From positions 1,472,001 through 1,536,000 of the forward strand of contig OZ241996.1 of assembly GCA_965204535.1 (NCBI GenBank): 64,000 bases of DNA, written 5' to 3'. The DNA is from a bacterium. Its GTDB lineage: Bacteria; UBA8248. Position 1 is the first letter of the stretch, and each line of letters opens with the position of its first letter. The position numbers and the translations under genes were made by a program. The notes beneath the pieces are model-generated. The model worked only from the letters and a program-made list of their open reading frames with translations, was not told where the DNA came from and ran no database searches. Of the stretch, positions 37,555 to 46,446 are shown piece after piece.

Positions 37555-38436
37555 CTATTTGCCCAAAACGACGCCGACGGCGCCGATGACGGACAAGAGA
37601 CCACCCATGACGACGCGCAGGTTCACCGCCTCCTGTTTTCTGAAAAACACCCATGACAGAAAAATGATGAGCAGCACCGAGAGGCGATTCAGGGGGATGA
37701 TCTGAACGATCTCCCCCGTTTTTATGGATGACCAGAAGAAAAAAGCGGCCATCGCGTTCAGGCAAGCGCCGCCCAAAACGGCCAGGAGCCCTTTTCTGTC
37801 CCAGGACTTGGGCGCCCTCCCCTCCACGGACAAAGGCAGGACAAACAGCGCGAGGCAGAACGCCGTCATGCTGCCGGCCGTCATCCCCAGCGAGGCGGAT
37901 TTGATAATCTGCAGCCCGAATTTGCCGAATATGTGCGTCATCGCGAACAAAACGGCCGTTCCCAAAGGGACCAGGTAATAAAACAAGGGAATGCGCCTTT
38001 GAACCTCGCCCTTTTCATAGACCAGCAGAATCGACCCCGCCAAGATGGTCAGCGTTCCGAGCGCGATGAGCCACGTCATCCGCTCGCCCGCGAAAGCCAC
38101 CGCAAACAGCGACGCCCACACGAGGCTGGTTTGAGTGACGATGGAAGAGCGCGCCAGCCCCACCAGCTTCATGCCGACGAGGCTGAGGTAACGTCCGACG
38201 AAAGAGCCGGATATGCCCATGGCGGCGAACCAGAGGAGTCCCCCGAGCGGCCAATCCGCCACGCCGCCTTCCAGAAAATAGAAGGTCGTGCCGAAGCACA
38301 CCTGCACGGCGAGCATGAAGACGTTCATCACAATCGGGCTCAGGCGCGCCACGCCTGCGCGGTACAGCGTGCGCGCGGAGGCGATGAAACAAGCGGCGAT
38401 GAGCGCCAGGATGTTCGGGTGGATGAAGTCGACCAA
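37555..38436 (-). CDS. DMT/EamA-family transporter (copy 2)
   Basis: About 10 TM segments with internal duplication; paralog of the upstream gene (IHPNILAL, IPL.RLSVLLIIFLSW). Confidence 0.85.
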   Translation of the reverse strand: MVDFIHPNILALIAACFIASARTLYRAGVARLSPIVMNVFMLAVQVCFGTTFYFLEGGVADWPLGGLLWFAAMGISGSFVGRYLSLVGMKLVGLARSSIVTQTSLVWASLFAVAFAGERMTWLIALGTLTILAGSILLVYEKGEVQRRIPLFYYLVPLGTAVLFAMTHIFGKFGLQIIKSASLGMTAGSMTAFCLALFVLPLSVEGRAPKSWDRKGLLAVLGGACLNAMAAFFFWSSIKTGEIVQIIPLNRLSVLLIIFLSWVFFRKQEAVNLRVVMGGLLSVIGAVGVVLGK

Positions 38437-38439
38437 GGC

Positions 38440-39327
38440 TTACCTTCCCGTCACGGTAAAGAAGGCGCCCATCAGCGCGACCAATGCGCCCAGGACGACG
38501 CGCCACGTCACGTTTTCCTGCTGCCGGAACAACAGCCACGAGAGAAAGATGATCAACAGGACGGACAGGCGGGTTAAGGGGATGACGCGGGTGATCTCGC
38601 CGAGCTTCACCGAAGACCAGAAGAAGAAAATACCGCATCCCTGCAGTGCGGCTCCCAGGAGAAGGACGAAGAACCCCTTGGTGTCGCCGCTTGTACGCGG
38701 GTCTCCCTGGCTCTGTGCGAAGGGCGCCATCCCCAGCAGGAGCGCGAGCGAGGTCGTGTTGGCGACCGCCATCCCGAAGGCGGAGGATGAAATCCACTCG
38801 AACGCGAATTTTCCCACCAGATGCGCGAATGCGTACATGAGCGCGGACGCGATGGGGAGCGCATAGTAGTGAAGCGGTATCCTGCGTCCGATGTCCCCCT
38901 TGGGATTGTAGACGAGCAGGCTCGCCCCGCACATGACGCCCAGAATTCCGGCCGCTTTCTGAAGAGACATGTCCTCCCCCAATATGAAAACGGCGAGAAC
39001 CGACGACCACACCAGGACGGTCTGGCTCATGACCGACGCGCGCGCCAGGCCGGTATAGCGGATGGCGGTGAAGTTGATGTATCTGCCCAGAAAACTCCCG
39101 AAAAAACCCATGGCCATGAACCAGAAAACGCCCTGATAAGGCATCTGGTCGAGCGGCCCCTCCACCCAGAAGAAAAACCACCCGAGCGTGGTCGTCACGC
39201 ACGCCATCACCAGATTGGCCATGTGCATTTTCATGCGCGGAATCGCATAGCGCTGCGAAACGCGGGCGAAGGCGATGAGCGCGGCGCAGCAGAGCGCTAA
39301 AATGTTGGGATGAATGGCATCAAGCAA
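38440..39327 (-). CDS. DMT/EamA-family transporter (copy 1)
   Basis: About 10 TM segments with the A.FILGE EamA motif. Confidence 0.85.
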   Translation of the reverse strand: MLDAIHPNILALCCAALIAFARVSQRYAIPRMKMHMANLVMACVTTTLGWFFFWVEGPLDQMPYQGVFWFMAMGFFGSFLGRYINFTAIRYTGLARASVMSQTVLVWSSVLAVFILGEDMSLQKAAGILGVMCGASLLVYNPKGDIGRRIPLHYYALPIASALMYAFAHLVGKFAFEWISSSAFGMAVANTTSLALLLGMAPFAQSQGDPRTSGDTKGFFVLLLGAALQGCGIFFFWSSVKLGEITRVIPLTRLSVLLIIFLSWLLFRQQENVTWRVVLGALVALMGAFFTVTGR

Positions 39328-39667
39328 AATGCCGACCTTTTATGAACAACTTATCTCCCATCCGTACGCCATACGACCACGGATGCACAGGCATCGCCGC
39401 TACTTCGCCGTAAAGGTCGCTGATTCGGGACAAAACGAATACGGAAAGCGGGAAAAACGGCTTACAGGAGCTCGAAAAGGACTTGAGTATTCGGTTCAAG
39501 GAATTTCCCAACAGGCAGAATATGAAGGGCTGATTATGGCACGGAATGCTTCTTCCGGGATAGCTTCAGGCGCTGTGAAACACACGAGCCATGAAACAAC
39601 GAAATATGGTGGATTTGCTATGTGATGGGAGAAATTTGAGGATTCGCCCTCTAACCCGCGTGATCCT

Positions 39668-40174
39668 TTATTGAAACTGGTTTTCGGGAATGAATTGCAT
39701 TTCGTCCAGGCCCTTGTCGACGACTTTGGGACCCCGATACCCCGGAAAATTCTCGACGTAGGGACAATCCTCGGGAAGCCCCCCCATTTCGATGATTTCA
39801 GGCCCGATCGGCAGGCACAGCGGCTCTATATCGAAGCGCTCGGCATATACGCGGCATCGGTTCGTTTCGAGGTCGAGTTGCGGGCAGGCGCTCGTCAACA
39901 AGAGCAGCCTGTCGTCCTCCCAAACCTTGTCGTAACAACACTTTCCGCAACCGGTGCAAAGCGCCTCCCACTCGGGCGTACCGGTGGGTGGCAGGTTCTC
40001 GTCCATCCACCTCTGGATTTCATCGAGGCGGCGCTCCCTGTTCGTCTTGTACATCGGGATGACTTGCGGGGCGTCCCGTTCGAGGCGCCTCTGCTCGGGC
40101 GTCTTCCAAATACGTCTGTCTTTCTTTCCCTTTCGGGGCTTCATCCGCTTTGTGGAATTGGCCTTTTGGGGCAT
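39668..40174 (-). CDS. YcgN/YkgJ-family cysteine-cluster protein
   Basis: EWEALC.GCGKCC, C..LD..T.RC.VY..R, C and LP..C.Y motifs. Confidence 0.8.
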   Translation of the reverse strand: MPQKANSTKRMKPRKGKKDRRIWKTPEQRRLERDAPQVIPMYKTNRERRLDEIQRWMDENLPPTGTPEWEALCTGCGKCCYDKVWEDDRLLLLTSACPQLDLETNRCRVYAERFDIEPLCLPIGPEIIEMGGLPEDCPYVENFPGYRGPKVVDKGLDEMQFIPENQFQ

Positions 40175-40178
40175 GAGA

Positions 40179-40961
40179 TCAACGATCCTGGAAATCGGCG
40201 GAGCGTTTTTCGATGAACGCGTTGAGGCCTTCCTGGGAGTCTTCCGTGCTGTAGACCAGGCCGAACTTCTCCGTCTCAAGCGTCAAACCCTCATCGAGAC
40301 CGCCCTCCAGGCCGCCGTGTACGGCCTGTAAAATCAACTCGATAGCGGGCTTGCTCTTGGACGCCAGCTTCTGCGCCAGCGCCCTCGCCTCATCCATCAG
40401 GGCGTCCGGCTCGCAGACCCTGTTCACGAGGCCGATACGGTGGGCTTCCTCGGCGTTCACCGGATCGCCCGTCATGAGAATTTCCAGCGCGCGGCCCGCC
40501 CCGACGAGGCGGGTGAGGCGCTGTGTGCCGCCGTAGCCGGGGATGATGCCCAGGTTGATCTCCGGCTGGCCGAAGAGCGCGTTCGTGGACGCCAGCCTGA
40601 TCGAGCACGCCATCGCCACCTCGCAGCCGCCGCCCAGGGCGAACCCGTTCACAGCCGCAATCGAAGGTTTTCCAATGGTTTCCAGATCTCTCAGGATTTT
40701 CGTTCCATGCTCGGAGAGCCACCGCGCACTCAAGGGAGCGCGCCCCACCATGCCCTTGATGTCCGCGCCCGCGATGAAAGCGCGATCGCCCGACCCCGTT
40801 AATATCAATACTTTCAGACCGTTATCATTCTTAAACGCAGATACCACGTGAGCGAGTTCATCCATCGTCTCTGTATTCAGGGCGTTTAGCGCCTTGGGAC
40901 GATTGAACGTGCAGGTGGCGACCGGACCATCGGTTTCATATATCAAGTTGTTATAACTCAA
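40179..40961 (-). CDS. crt: Enoyl-CoA hydratase (crotonase)
   Basis: FIAGADI, AAVNGFALGGGCE and GQPEINLGIIPG.GGTQRL (both catalytic Glu present). Confidence 0.9.
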   Translation of the reverse strand: MSYNNLIYETDGPVATCTFNRPKALNALNTETMDELAHVVSAFKNDNGLKVLILTGSGDRAFIAGADIKGMVGRAPLSARWLSEHGTKILRDLETIGKPSIAAVNGFALGGGCEVAMACSIRLASTNALFGQPEINLGIIPGYGGTQRLTRLVGAGRALEILMTGDPVNAEEAHRIGLVNRVCEPDALMDEARALAQKLASKSKPAIELILQAVHGGLEGGLDEGLTLETEKFGLVYSTEDSQEGLNAFIEKRSADFQDR

Positions 40962-41004
40962 TGACTTATCATCCTATTCTTGAAGTCTGGGGTGATTGAA
41001 ACAA

Positions 41005-41054
41005 ATTTATCGAAAAACCCCGTCAATTTATCTGAATTTATCGAATTTTTCAGA
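41005..41054 (+). repeat. AT-rich ~50-bp dispersed repeat, copy 2
   Basis: atttatcgaaaaaccccgtcaatttatctgaatttatcgaatttttcaga, matching 12594-12643. Confidence 0.8.
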
Positions 41055-41055
41055 T

Positions 41056-41160
41056 TTAATCCCCGTACGCCTCGACGATGACGGACAGCCCCATGCCGCC
41101 GCCGATGCAGGCTCCGGCCAAGCCGTACTTCCCGCCCCGGCGTCTTAACTCGCGCAGCAT
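41056..41160 (-). pseudogene. Duplicated 3' end of the thiolase gene
   Basis: Encodes MLRELRRRGGKYGLAGACIGGGMGLSVIVEAYGD*; 41061-41109 is identical to 42058-42106. Confidence 0.9.
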
Positions 41161-41308
41161 AGAACGGATTCAGGGCGCTTTACCGGATGCAGGGTGGCAC
41201 AGCCTCCGGGTTCACGCAAGATGCGTCTCTCTCCGTGGTAGCGTCAATGAAGCGCGGGCTCCTCATCAGGCGCATTGACGATCAGCCGGTCGATGGCCGC
41301 GCGGGCCA

Positions 41309-41653
41309 TTAGCGGCTCTCGGGAGGAACCAACGGCTCCAATTGGGCGATCAGCACGGGCAAATCCTCCTGCACGATACGCCACACGATGCCGAGATTGA
41401 CGTCGAAATAGGCGTGAACGATGCGGTTGCGAGTTCCCACGATCTCATGCCAGGGGATTGCGGGATGTGCCTCCTTTGTTTCGATGTCCAGGCGGGCGGC
41501 CGCTTCTCCAATGACCTCCAGCGCTTTGAAAACTGCATGTTGATGCAAATCGCTCTCTTCAAATTGCAGATAAGTGATATCGGCAGCGAACGCCACTGCT
41601 TTTCGCGCCGCTTCCAGCATGTCCAGCAGAAATGACGCTTCGTCACGCCGCAT
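41309..41653 (-). CDS. HepT-like (DUF86) HEPN ribonuclease toxin
   Basis: L.DM.EA, IGEAA, P.IPW..I.G.RNRIVHAY (RX4HXY). Confidence 0.9.
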   Translation of the reverse strand: MRRDEASFLLDMLEAARKAVAFAADITYLQFEESDLHQHAVFKALEVIGEAAARLDIETKEAHPAIPWHEIVGTRNRIVHAYFDVNLGIVWRIVQEDLPVLIAQLEPLVPPESR

Positions 41654-41951
41654 AGACGACCTGCGCGGATTCGAGCACCGCCTTGCGCCGAATATAGTTC
41701 GGGCTTCGCTCCACGGCTTCCCGAGTCACCAGGTCCACCTTGCGGCCGAACAACTCTTCCAGTTCGTCGGCCATGGTGACGAAAGCGAGACCCGGTGTGC
41801 GGCCCGGCGCGAACTCGACCATGACGTCGACGTCGCTCTTCTCGGTGAAATCGTCTCGAAGCACCGAGCCGAACAGCGCGAACTCCGAAACGCCCCAGCG
41901 TTCGCAAAACGCCGCGATTTCTTCCTGCGGAACCGAAACGTTCGCGTTCAT
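41643..41951 (-). CDS. MntA-like nucleotidyltransferase antitoxin
   Basis: LFGSVLRDDF...SDVDV.VEF (GSX10DXD) and LFGRKVDLV; overlaps the HepT gene start. Confidence 0.9.
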   Translation of the reverse strand: MNANVSVPQEEIAAFCERWGVSEFALFGSVLRDDFTEKSDVDVMVEFAPGRTPGLAFVTMADELEELFGRKVDLVTREAVERSPNYIRRKAVLESAQVVYAA

Positions 41952-42052
41952 GCTTCTATTCCCCATTCACGGCTCGCGCGGCTTTTCGGACATCCAGTTC
42001 GGCGGCTGCTCTTCACGCGCCGAGCGTCCGAGACGCTCCGAAATTTCCTGCC

Positions 42053-43243
42053 CTACCCCCCGTACGCCTCGACGATGACGGACAGCCCCATGCCGCCGCC
42101 GATGCACGCACCCGCGAGGCCGTACTTGCCGCCCCGGCGCCTGAGCTCGTGCAGTATCGTGAGGGTGAGCCTTGCGCCGCTCGCGCCCACGGGATGGCCG
42201 ATGGCGATGGCGCCGCCGTTCACGTTCGTCTTCTCGCGGTCGAGGCCGAGTTCCTTTTCCACCGCGAGGTACTGGGCGGAGAACGCCTCGTTGATCTCGA
42301 TCAGGTCCATGTCGTCGAGCTGGAGGCCCGCCTTTTTGAGGGCGATGCGGCTGCTCTCCGCAGGCCCGATGCCCATGATCTTGGGGTCGCACCCCGAAAC
42401 GCCCCAGGAGACGAGCCGACCGACGGGTTTCCGGCCCAGGCGTTCGGCCGCCGCGCGCGATGATATGACCAGCGCCGCCGCCCCGTCGTTGATGCCGCTC
42501 GCGTTGCCCGCCGTCACCACGCCCTCTTCCTTGAACACGGGCCGGAGCCTGGCGAGCGATTCCTCGTTCGAATCCGCCCGGGGGTGCTCGTCGCGGTCGA
42601 AGGTAATCGTCTTTCTGCGCTCTTTCACCTCGACGGCGAAACATTCCTCCGCCAGCCGTCCGCTCTCCCACGCGTCGTGCGCGCGCGCCTGCGAGAGCGC
42701 CGCGAACTCATCCACCCCCTCCCGGTGCAGGTCGTATTGATCCGCCAGATTCTCCGCCGTGATGCCCATCGGCACGTTGGCCATCGTATCGGTGAGCGCC
42801 GTGTAGAGGCCGTCCTCCATCGGGGCCTGAAAGAGCTTCATGCCGGTTCTCGAGTTTCTGATGACGTGCGGCGTCAGGCTCATGTTCTCCGCCCCGACGG
42901 CGAGCACGACGTCGGCGTCTTCGGTCATGATCTCCTTCGCACCGCTCACCACCGCCTGAAAACCCGAGGCGCACATGCGGTTCACGCAGTAGCCGGGCCG
43001 CTCCAGCGGAACGCCCGCCGCCAGTGCGACGTGCCTGCCGATGTAGACGCCGTCCGAGTTCGACTGGATGACGTTGCCCACCACGGTGTGGTCGATATCT
43101 TCCGGCGCGACGCCTGAGCGCGTCATCGCCTCTTTCGCCGCCAGCGCGCCCAGTTCCGTGGCCGACATCTCCTTCAAGGTGCCCAGAAAACCGCCGAACG
43201 GCGTCCGCGCACCGCCCAGAAAAACGACGTCTTTATCCGACAT
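42053..43243 (-). CDS. Acetyl-CoA C-acyltransferase (thiolase)
   Basis: RTPFG, NRMCASG, TAGNASGINDGA, INEAF, GHPVGASG and CIGGG. Confidence 0.95.
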   Translation of the reverse strand: MSDKDVVFLGGARTPFGGFLGTLKEMSATELGALAAKEAMTRSGVAPEDIDHTVVGNVIQSNSDGVYIGRHVALAAGVPLERPGYCVNRMCASGFQAVVSGAKEIMTEDADVVLAVGAENMSLTPHVIRNSRTGMKLFQAPMEDGLYTALTDTMANVPMGITAENLADQYDLHREGVDEFAALSQARAHDAWESGRLAEECFAVEVKERRKTITFDRDEHPRADSNEESLARLRPVFKEEGVVTAGNASGINDGAAALVISSRAAAERLGRKPVGRLVSWGVSGCDPKIMGIGPAESSRIALKKAGLQLDDMDLIEINEAFSAQYLAVEKELGLDREKTNVNGGAIAIGHPVGASGARLTLTILHELRRRGGKYGLAGACIGGGMGLSVIVEAYGG

Positions 43244-43542
43244 TCCCCGATTCCTCCTGCTTCAGTGTAAGGAAAGAAAATTTCCGTTTTTGCCCTGCTT
43301 TATTGAGCCTCACCATAACGCCAAGGCGAAGCGATGCGCAAGGGGAGTTGATGCGGGAGGTGATGGAGGGATTGTCTCCGCTAGACCAGTTGCTCTTCCG
43401 GCACCCGGAAAACGCCCTTGATGCTGGAGGTGTCGCAGACGCATATCTGGATGTGTGTTTTCGCGCGGAAACCGGCTCCTTTATGGGGCGTTGAATAAGT
43501 CCCGATAAGGAGGGCTTGACCCGACCGCTAAAAGAGAAAGGT

Positions 43543-44090
43543 ACACTCCCCCTAGAGGGGGTTGTTGAAGAAGTCTCGCAGGACCCTGCAAATAGAAGGT
43601 TTGTAGGGACAGGCCCCTGTGCCTGTCCAAGGCCCCCATGCTTCTCCCTGCGAAGCACAGCCACGCAGATGGACATATCCGATACGGGCGGCCACGGGGG
43701 GCCGCCCCTACGGGTGAATGCGGTTTTGTTCGTCATTCCGGAGAAAGCCGGAATGACAAAGGATAACCATGCACGTCCGTAGGGACAGGTCGCGACCTGT
43801 CCCTACAAAACCTGCAATCCTCGTTCATCGGGACTTTTTCAATAGCCCCTTGAGGGGGAGTCGAAGAGGCCGAGCCTTGGCGAAGGCCGATTCGGTGGGG
43901 GGACATGCCACAGGAAAAAGCTCCCCCCACCAGTTCGCTTGCGGGCTGGCGCCCTTAGCTCACTGTCGAGCTTTCCCCTCGGGAAGCTCGACCCTCAAGG
44001 GGGGAGTTGATTTGAAATTCTCGACGTTGGAGAGCGATTTTCGTAGGGGTCGAATACCGGTTTTTTCAACACCCCCCGCAAGGGAGGAAT
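43543..44090. repeat. Nested cluster of MITE-like ends, GTAG-REPs and a ~157-bp hairpin element
   Basis: Ends GGGGTTGTTGAAGAAGTC (~43557) and GACTTTTTCAATAGCCCC (~43832); REPs at 43603-43711 and 43779-43807; GTCATTCCGG unit at 43731-43757; CCCCTTGAGGG(43846)...CCCTCAAGGGG(44002) with inner stems. Confidence 0.8.
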
Positions 44091-44124
44091 GGTTCTATTC
44101 TCATTCGTCGGTTGGTAATGCTGC

Positions 44125-44184
44125 TCAAAGACCAATTCCGCACCCGTGATATCCGAGCACGAAAGACGTCGCAAGACGGTGCAA
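44125..44184 (-). pseudogene. Truncated ORF (M)HRLATSFVLGYHGCGIGL*, possible remnant of a YHG-motif toxin-like gene
   Basis: TTG start 3 nt after the upstream stop; GYHGC motif; ends next to the repeat nest. Confidence 0.45.
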
Positions 44185-44187
44185 TTT

Positions 44188-44391
44188 CTACCTGTATCGT
44201 TTGGCGATGCGTCCGGTTGGCGTGTAGATCCCCAGCTTTTGCAAGGCTTTTTGTGCGGTTTCCTTCGTTTTCGTGACTTTCTTGAGGTATTTCTCACACG
44301 CTTTCTCGAATCTATCCGCGTCGGCGTGGTTCAATACCCCTGGGCGGACTACAATCACTTTTTGTTCCGTCTTTTTCTTTTTCTTTCCCAT
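44188..44391 (-). CDS. Small basic hypothetical protein (67 aa), possible antitoxin
   Basis: MGKKKKK...A.K.L..LGIYTPTGRIAKRYR; lower GC than flanks; own promoter upstream. Confidence 0.6.
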   Translation of the reverse strand: MGKKKKKTEQKVIVVRPGVLNHADADRFEKACEKYLKKVTKTKETAQKALQKLGIYTPTGRIAKRYR

Positions 44392-44499
44392 TCCATCACC
44401 ATTTCTTTCTTTGAGATGAATACGCCAAGGCGGAAAGCAAGCGTCCAGCATCCATTCGTGAGTCTCGATAATTTTATTAAACCATTCATTCAAATATAG

Positions 44500-44528
44500 A
44501 AGATATACTCCTTTCCGCGACTTGTCAA
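44500..44528 (-). promoter_or_regulatory. Near-consensus sigma70 promoter for the small basic ORF
   Basis: Minus-strand TTGACA-17 nt-TATCTT. Confidence 0.6.
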
Positions 44529-44551
44529 ATTCTCGACTTTTCTGAAGTCTC

Positions 44552-45589
44552 CTACATCCACGAGAGCGGCATCGCGGTGTCTCCCCGGAGTCTTCTGGCG
44601 GCGTCTTTGGCGAAATAAGTGAGGATGATGTCCGCCCCCGCGCGGCGGATGGAGGTGAGGGTTTCCATGAACGCGCGCTCGGGGTCGAGCCAACCGTTCC
44701 GGCACGCCGCGACCAGCATGGCGAATTCGCCCGAGACGTTGTAGGCCGCGACGGGCAGGTCCGTAATCTCGCGCGCCCTGGTGATTACGTCGAGATAGAC
44801 GAGCGCCGGCTTCACCATCACGATGTCCGCCCCCTCCTCGATGTCGATCCTTATCTCGCGCATCGCCTCGCGCGCGTTGGCCGGGTCCATCTGGTAGGAA
44901 CTCCTGTCGCCGAAGGCGGGCGCGCTCTCCGCCGCTTCGCGGAAGGGCCCGTAGAAGGCGCTCGCGAATTTCGACGAGTAGGCCATGATGGGTGTCTGGG
45001 CGAAGCCGCTCGCATCCAGGGTCGCGCGGATCGAGCCGACGCGCCCATCCATCATGTCCGACGGGGCAATGATGTCCGCTCCCGCCTCCGCGTGGCTCAC
45101 CGCCGTCCTGTCGAGGAGTTCGAGCGTGGGGTCGTTCAGCACCTTCTCGCCCTCGATGATGCCGCAATGGCCGTGGTCCATGTATTCACACAGACACACG
45201 TCCGTGACGACGCACAGGTCGGGATAGGCTTCCTTCAAGGCGCGCACGGCGTTCTGCACGACGCCCTCTTCCGCGTAGGCTTCGCTGGCCACGTCGTCTT
45301 TGTGATCCGGAATGCCGAACAGGATGACGCCGGGAATGTCCAAAGCGGCGATTTCCTCACAATCAGCCACCAGACGGTCGATGGAAAGCTGGTATTGACC
45401 GGGCATCGAGGAAATTTCCTCTTTGATATTCTCGCCCTCGACCACGAACATCGGGTAGATAAGGTTGTCTACGGATAGATTCGTCTCGCGCACCATGCGC
45501 CGCATGGCGGCCGTCTCCCGCGTGCGCCTCGTGCGGTTTTTTACGTCGCTCCCGGTTGCCGAGAGGGTGAAGGTATCGTTGCTCGTCAT
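44552..45589 (-). CDS. hemB: Porphobilinogen synthase (Zn-type)
   Basis: [34 protein letters not shown] and AYNVSGE. Confidence 0.96.
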   Translation of the reverse strand: MTSNDTFTLSATGSDVKNRTRRTRETAAMRRMVRETNLSVDNLIYPMFVVEGENIKEEISSMPGQYQLSIDRLVADCEEIAALDIPGVILFGIPDHKDDVASEAYAEEGVVQNAVRALKEAYPDLCVVTDVCLCEYMDHGHCGIIEGEKVLNDPTLELLDRTAVSHAEAGADIIAPSDMMDGRVGSIRATLDASGFAQTPIMAYSSKFASAFYGPFREAAESAPAFGDRSSYQMDPANAREAMREIRIDIEEGADIVMVKPALVYLDVITRAREITDLPVAAYNVSGEFAMLVAACRNGWLDPERAFMETLTSIRRAGADIILTYFAKDAARRLRGDTAMPLSWM

Positions 45590-45606
45590 CGGGTTCTACT
45601 CCCTAT

Positions 45607-46446
45607 TTATGAGGCGTGTTCGCCTCGCTCCGGTATTCCGTAATAAGAGACGATGGCCCGCGCCATGCCGGGAATCGTCGACTCGGCGGCCTCGATATCC
45701 GGCGCGACGCCCCACCCGCGCGCCGTGGCGGTGGTCACAGGCCCGATGGATGCCACGCGCACGCGCTGTATCCATCGCCTCGCGTTTTCTTCTCCCGCCG
45801 CTCGCATGAAGCCATCGAACGCGGAGGAACTCGTGAAGGTAAGCATATCAATTTTTCCGGCTTCAAGCTCTCCCCATACCTCGCCAAGCGCCTCGCGCCC
45901 CAAAGGCGTCGTCCGGTAAACGGCCACGTCATCCACGACGGCCCCCATTTTCAGAAGCGCCTTGGGGATGGCGTCTCTCCCTTCTTTCGCGCGGGCCAGC
46001 AAAACGCGCTCACCAGTCATGTCCTCGTCCTTGAAGAGATCGACGACGCCCTCGGCCACATATTTTCCGGCCACTTTTTGGGGCGTCCTTCCCAGATATT
46101 TCTCCACCGCAGCGGCCGTGGCGGGTCCCAGAGCTAGAATCGAGGTTTCTCCGGAAATCACCTCGGGAACGACTCCCATATCTCCCATCCTTTTCGCCAG
46201 ATATTTCGGCCCGTTCGCGCTCGTGAAGATTATCCACTGATACGCATCCAGTGCGCGGACCGCCACATCGACGGGCGCCCAATCTTGAGGATCCGCTATC
46301 CGTATCATGGGGGCAACGCGCACGCAGGCACCCAGGTCCGCGAGCATCCCGCCCATGCGCGAGGCCCCCTCTTCGGGGCGCGTGACGAGGATTGTCTTGC
46401 CCGCGAGGGGGAGCACGTTAGAACCCAAGTTGTCGACCTCACTCAT
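45607..46446 (-). CDS. hemD: Uroporphyrinogen-III synthase
   Basis: ILVTRP, IFTSANG, VY.T, FTSSS and SIGPVT. Confidence 0.92.
   Translation of the reverse strand: MSEVDNLGSNVLPLAGKTILVTRPEEGASRMGGMLADLGACVRVAPMIRIADPQDWAPVDVAVRALDAYQWIIFTSANGPKYLAKRMGDMGVVPEVISGETSILALGPATAAAVEKYLGRTPQKVAGKYVAEGVVDLFKDEDMTGERVLLARAKEGRDAIPKALLKMGAVVDDVAVYRTTPLGREALGEVWGELEAGKIDMLTFTSSSAFDGFMRAAGEENARRWIQRVRVASIGPVTTATARGWGVAPDIEAAESTIPGMARAIVSYYGIPERGEHAS

Noticed and set aside
39534-39555. TGGCACG as a sigma54 promoter
   Set aside because: The GC dinucleotide is 8 nt, not 10 nt, after the GG, so -24/-12 spacing fails.
39328-39667. 340-bp intergenic region as small ORF or ncRNA
   Set aside because: No convincing RBS-ORF, stable structure or recognisable RNA family could be supported by eye.
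43543-44090. Repeat clusters as a possible CRISPR array
   Set aside because: Units are heterogeneous inverted hairpins without constant repeat-spacer periodicity, and no cas genes are present.
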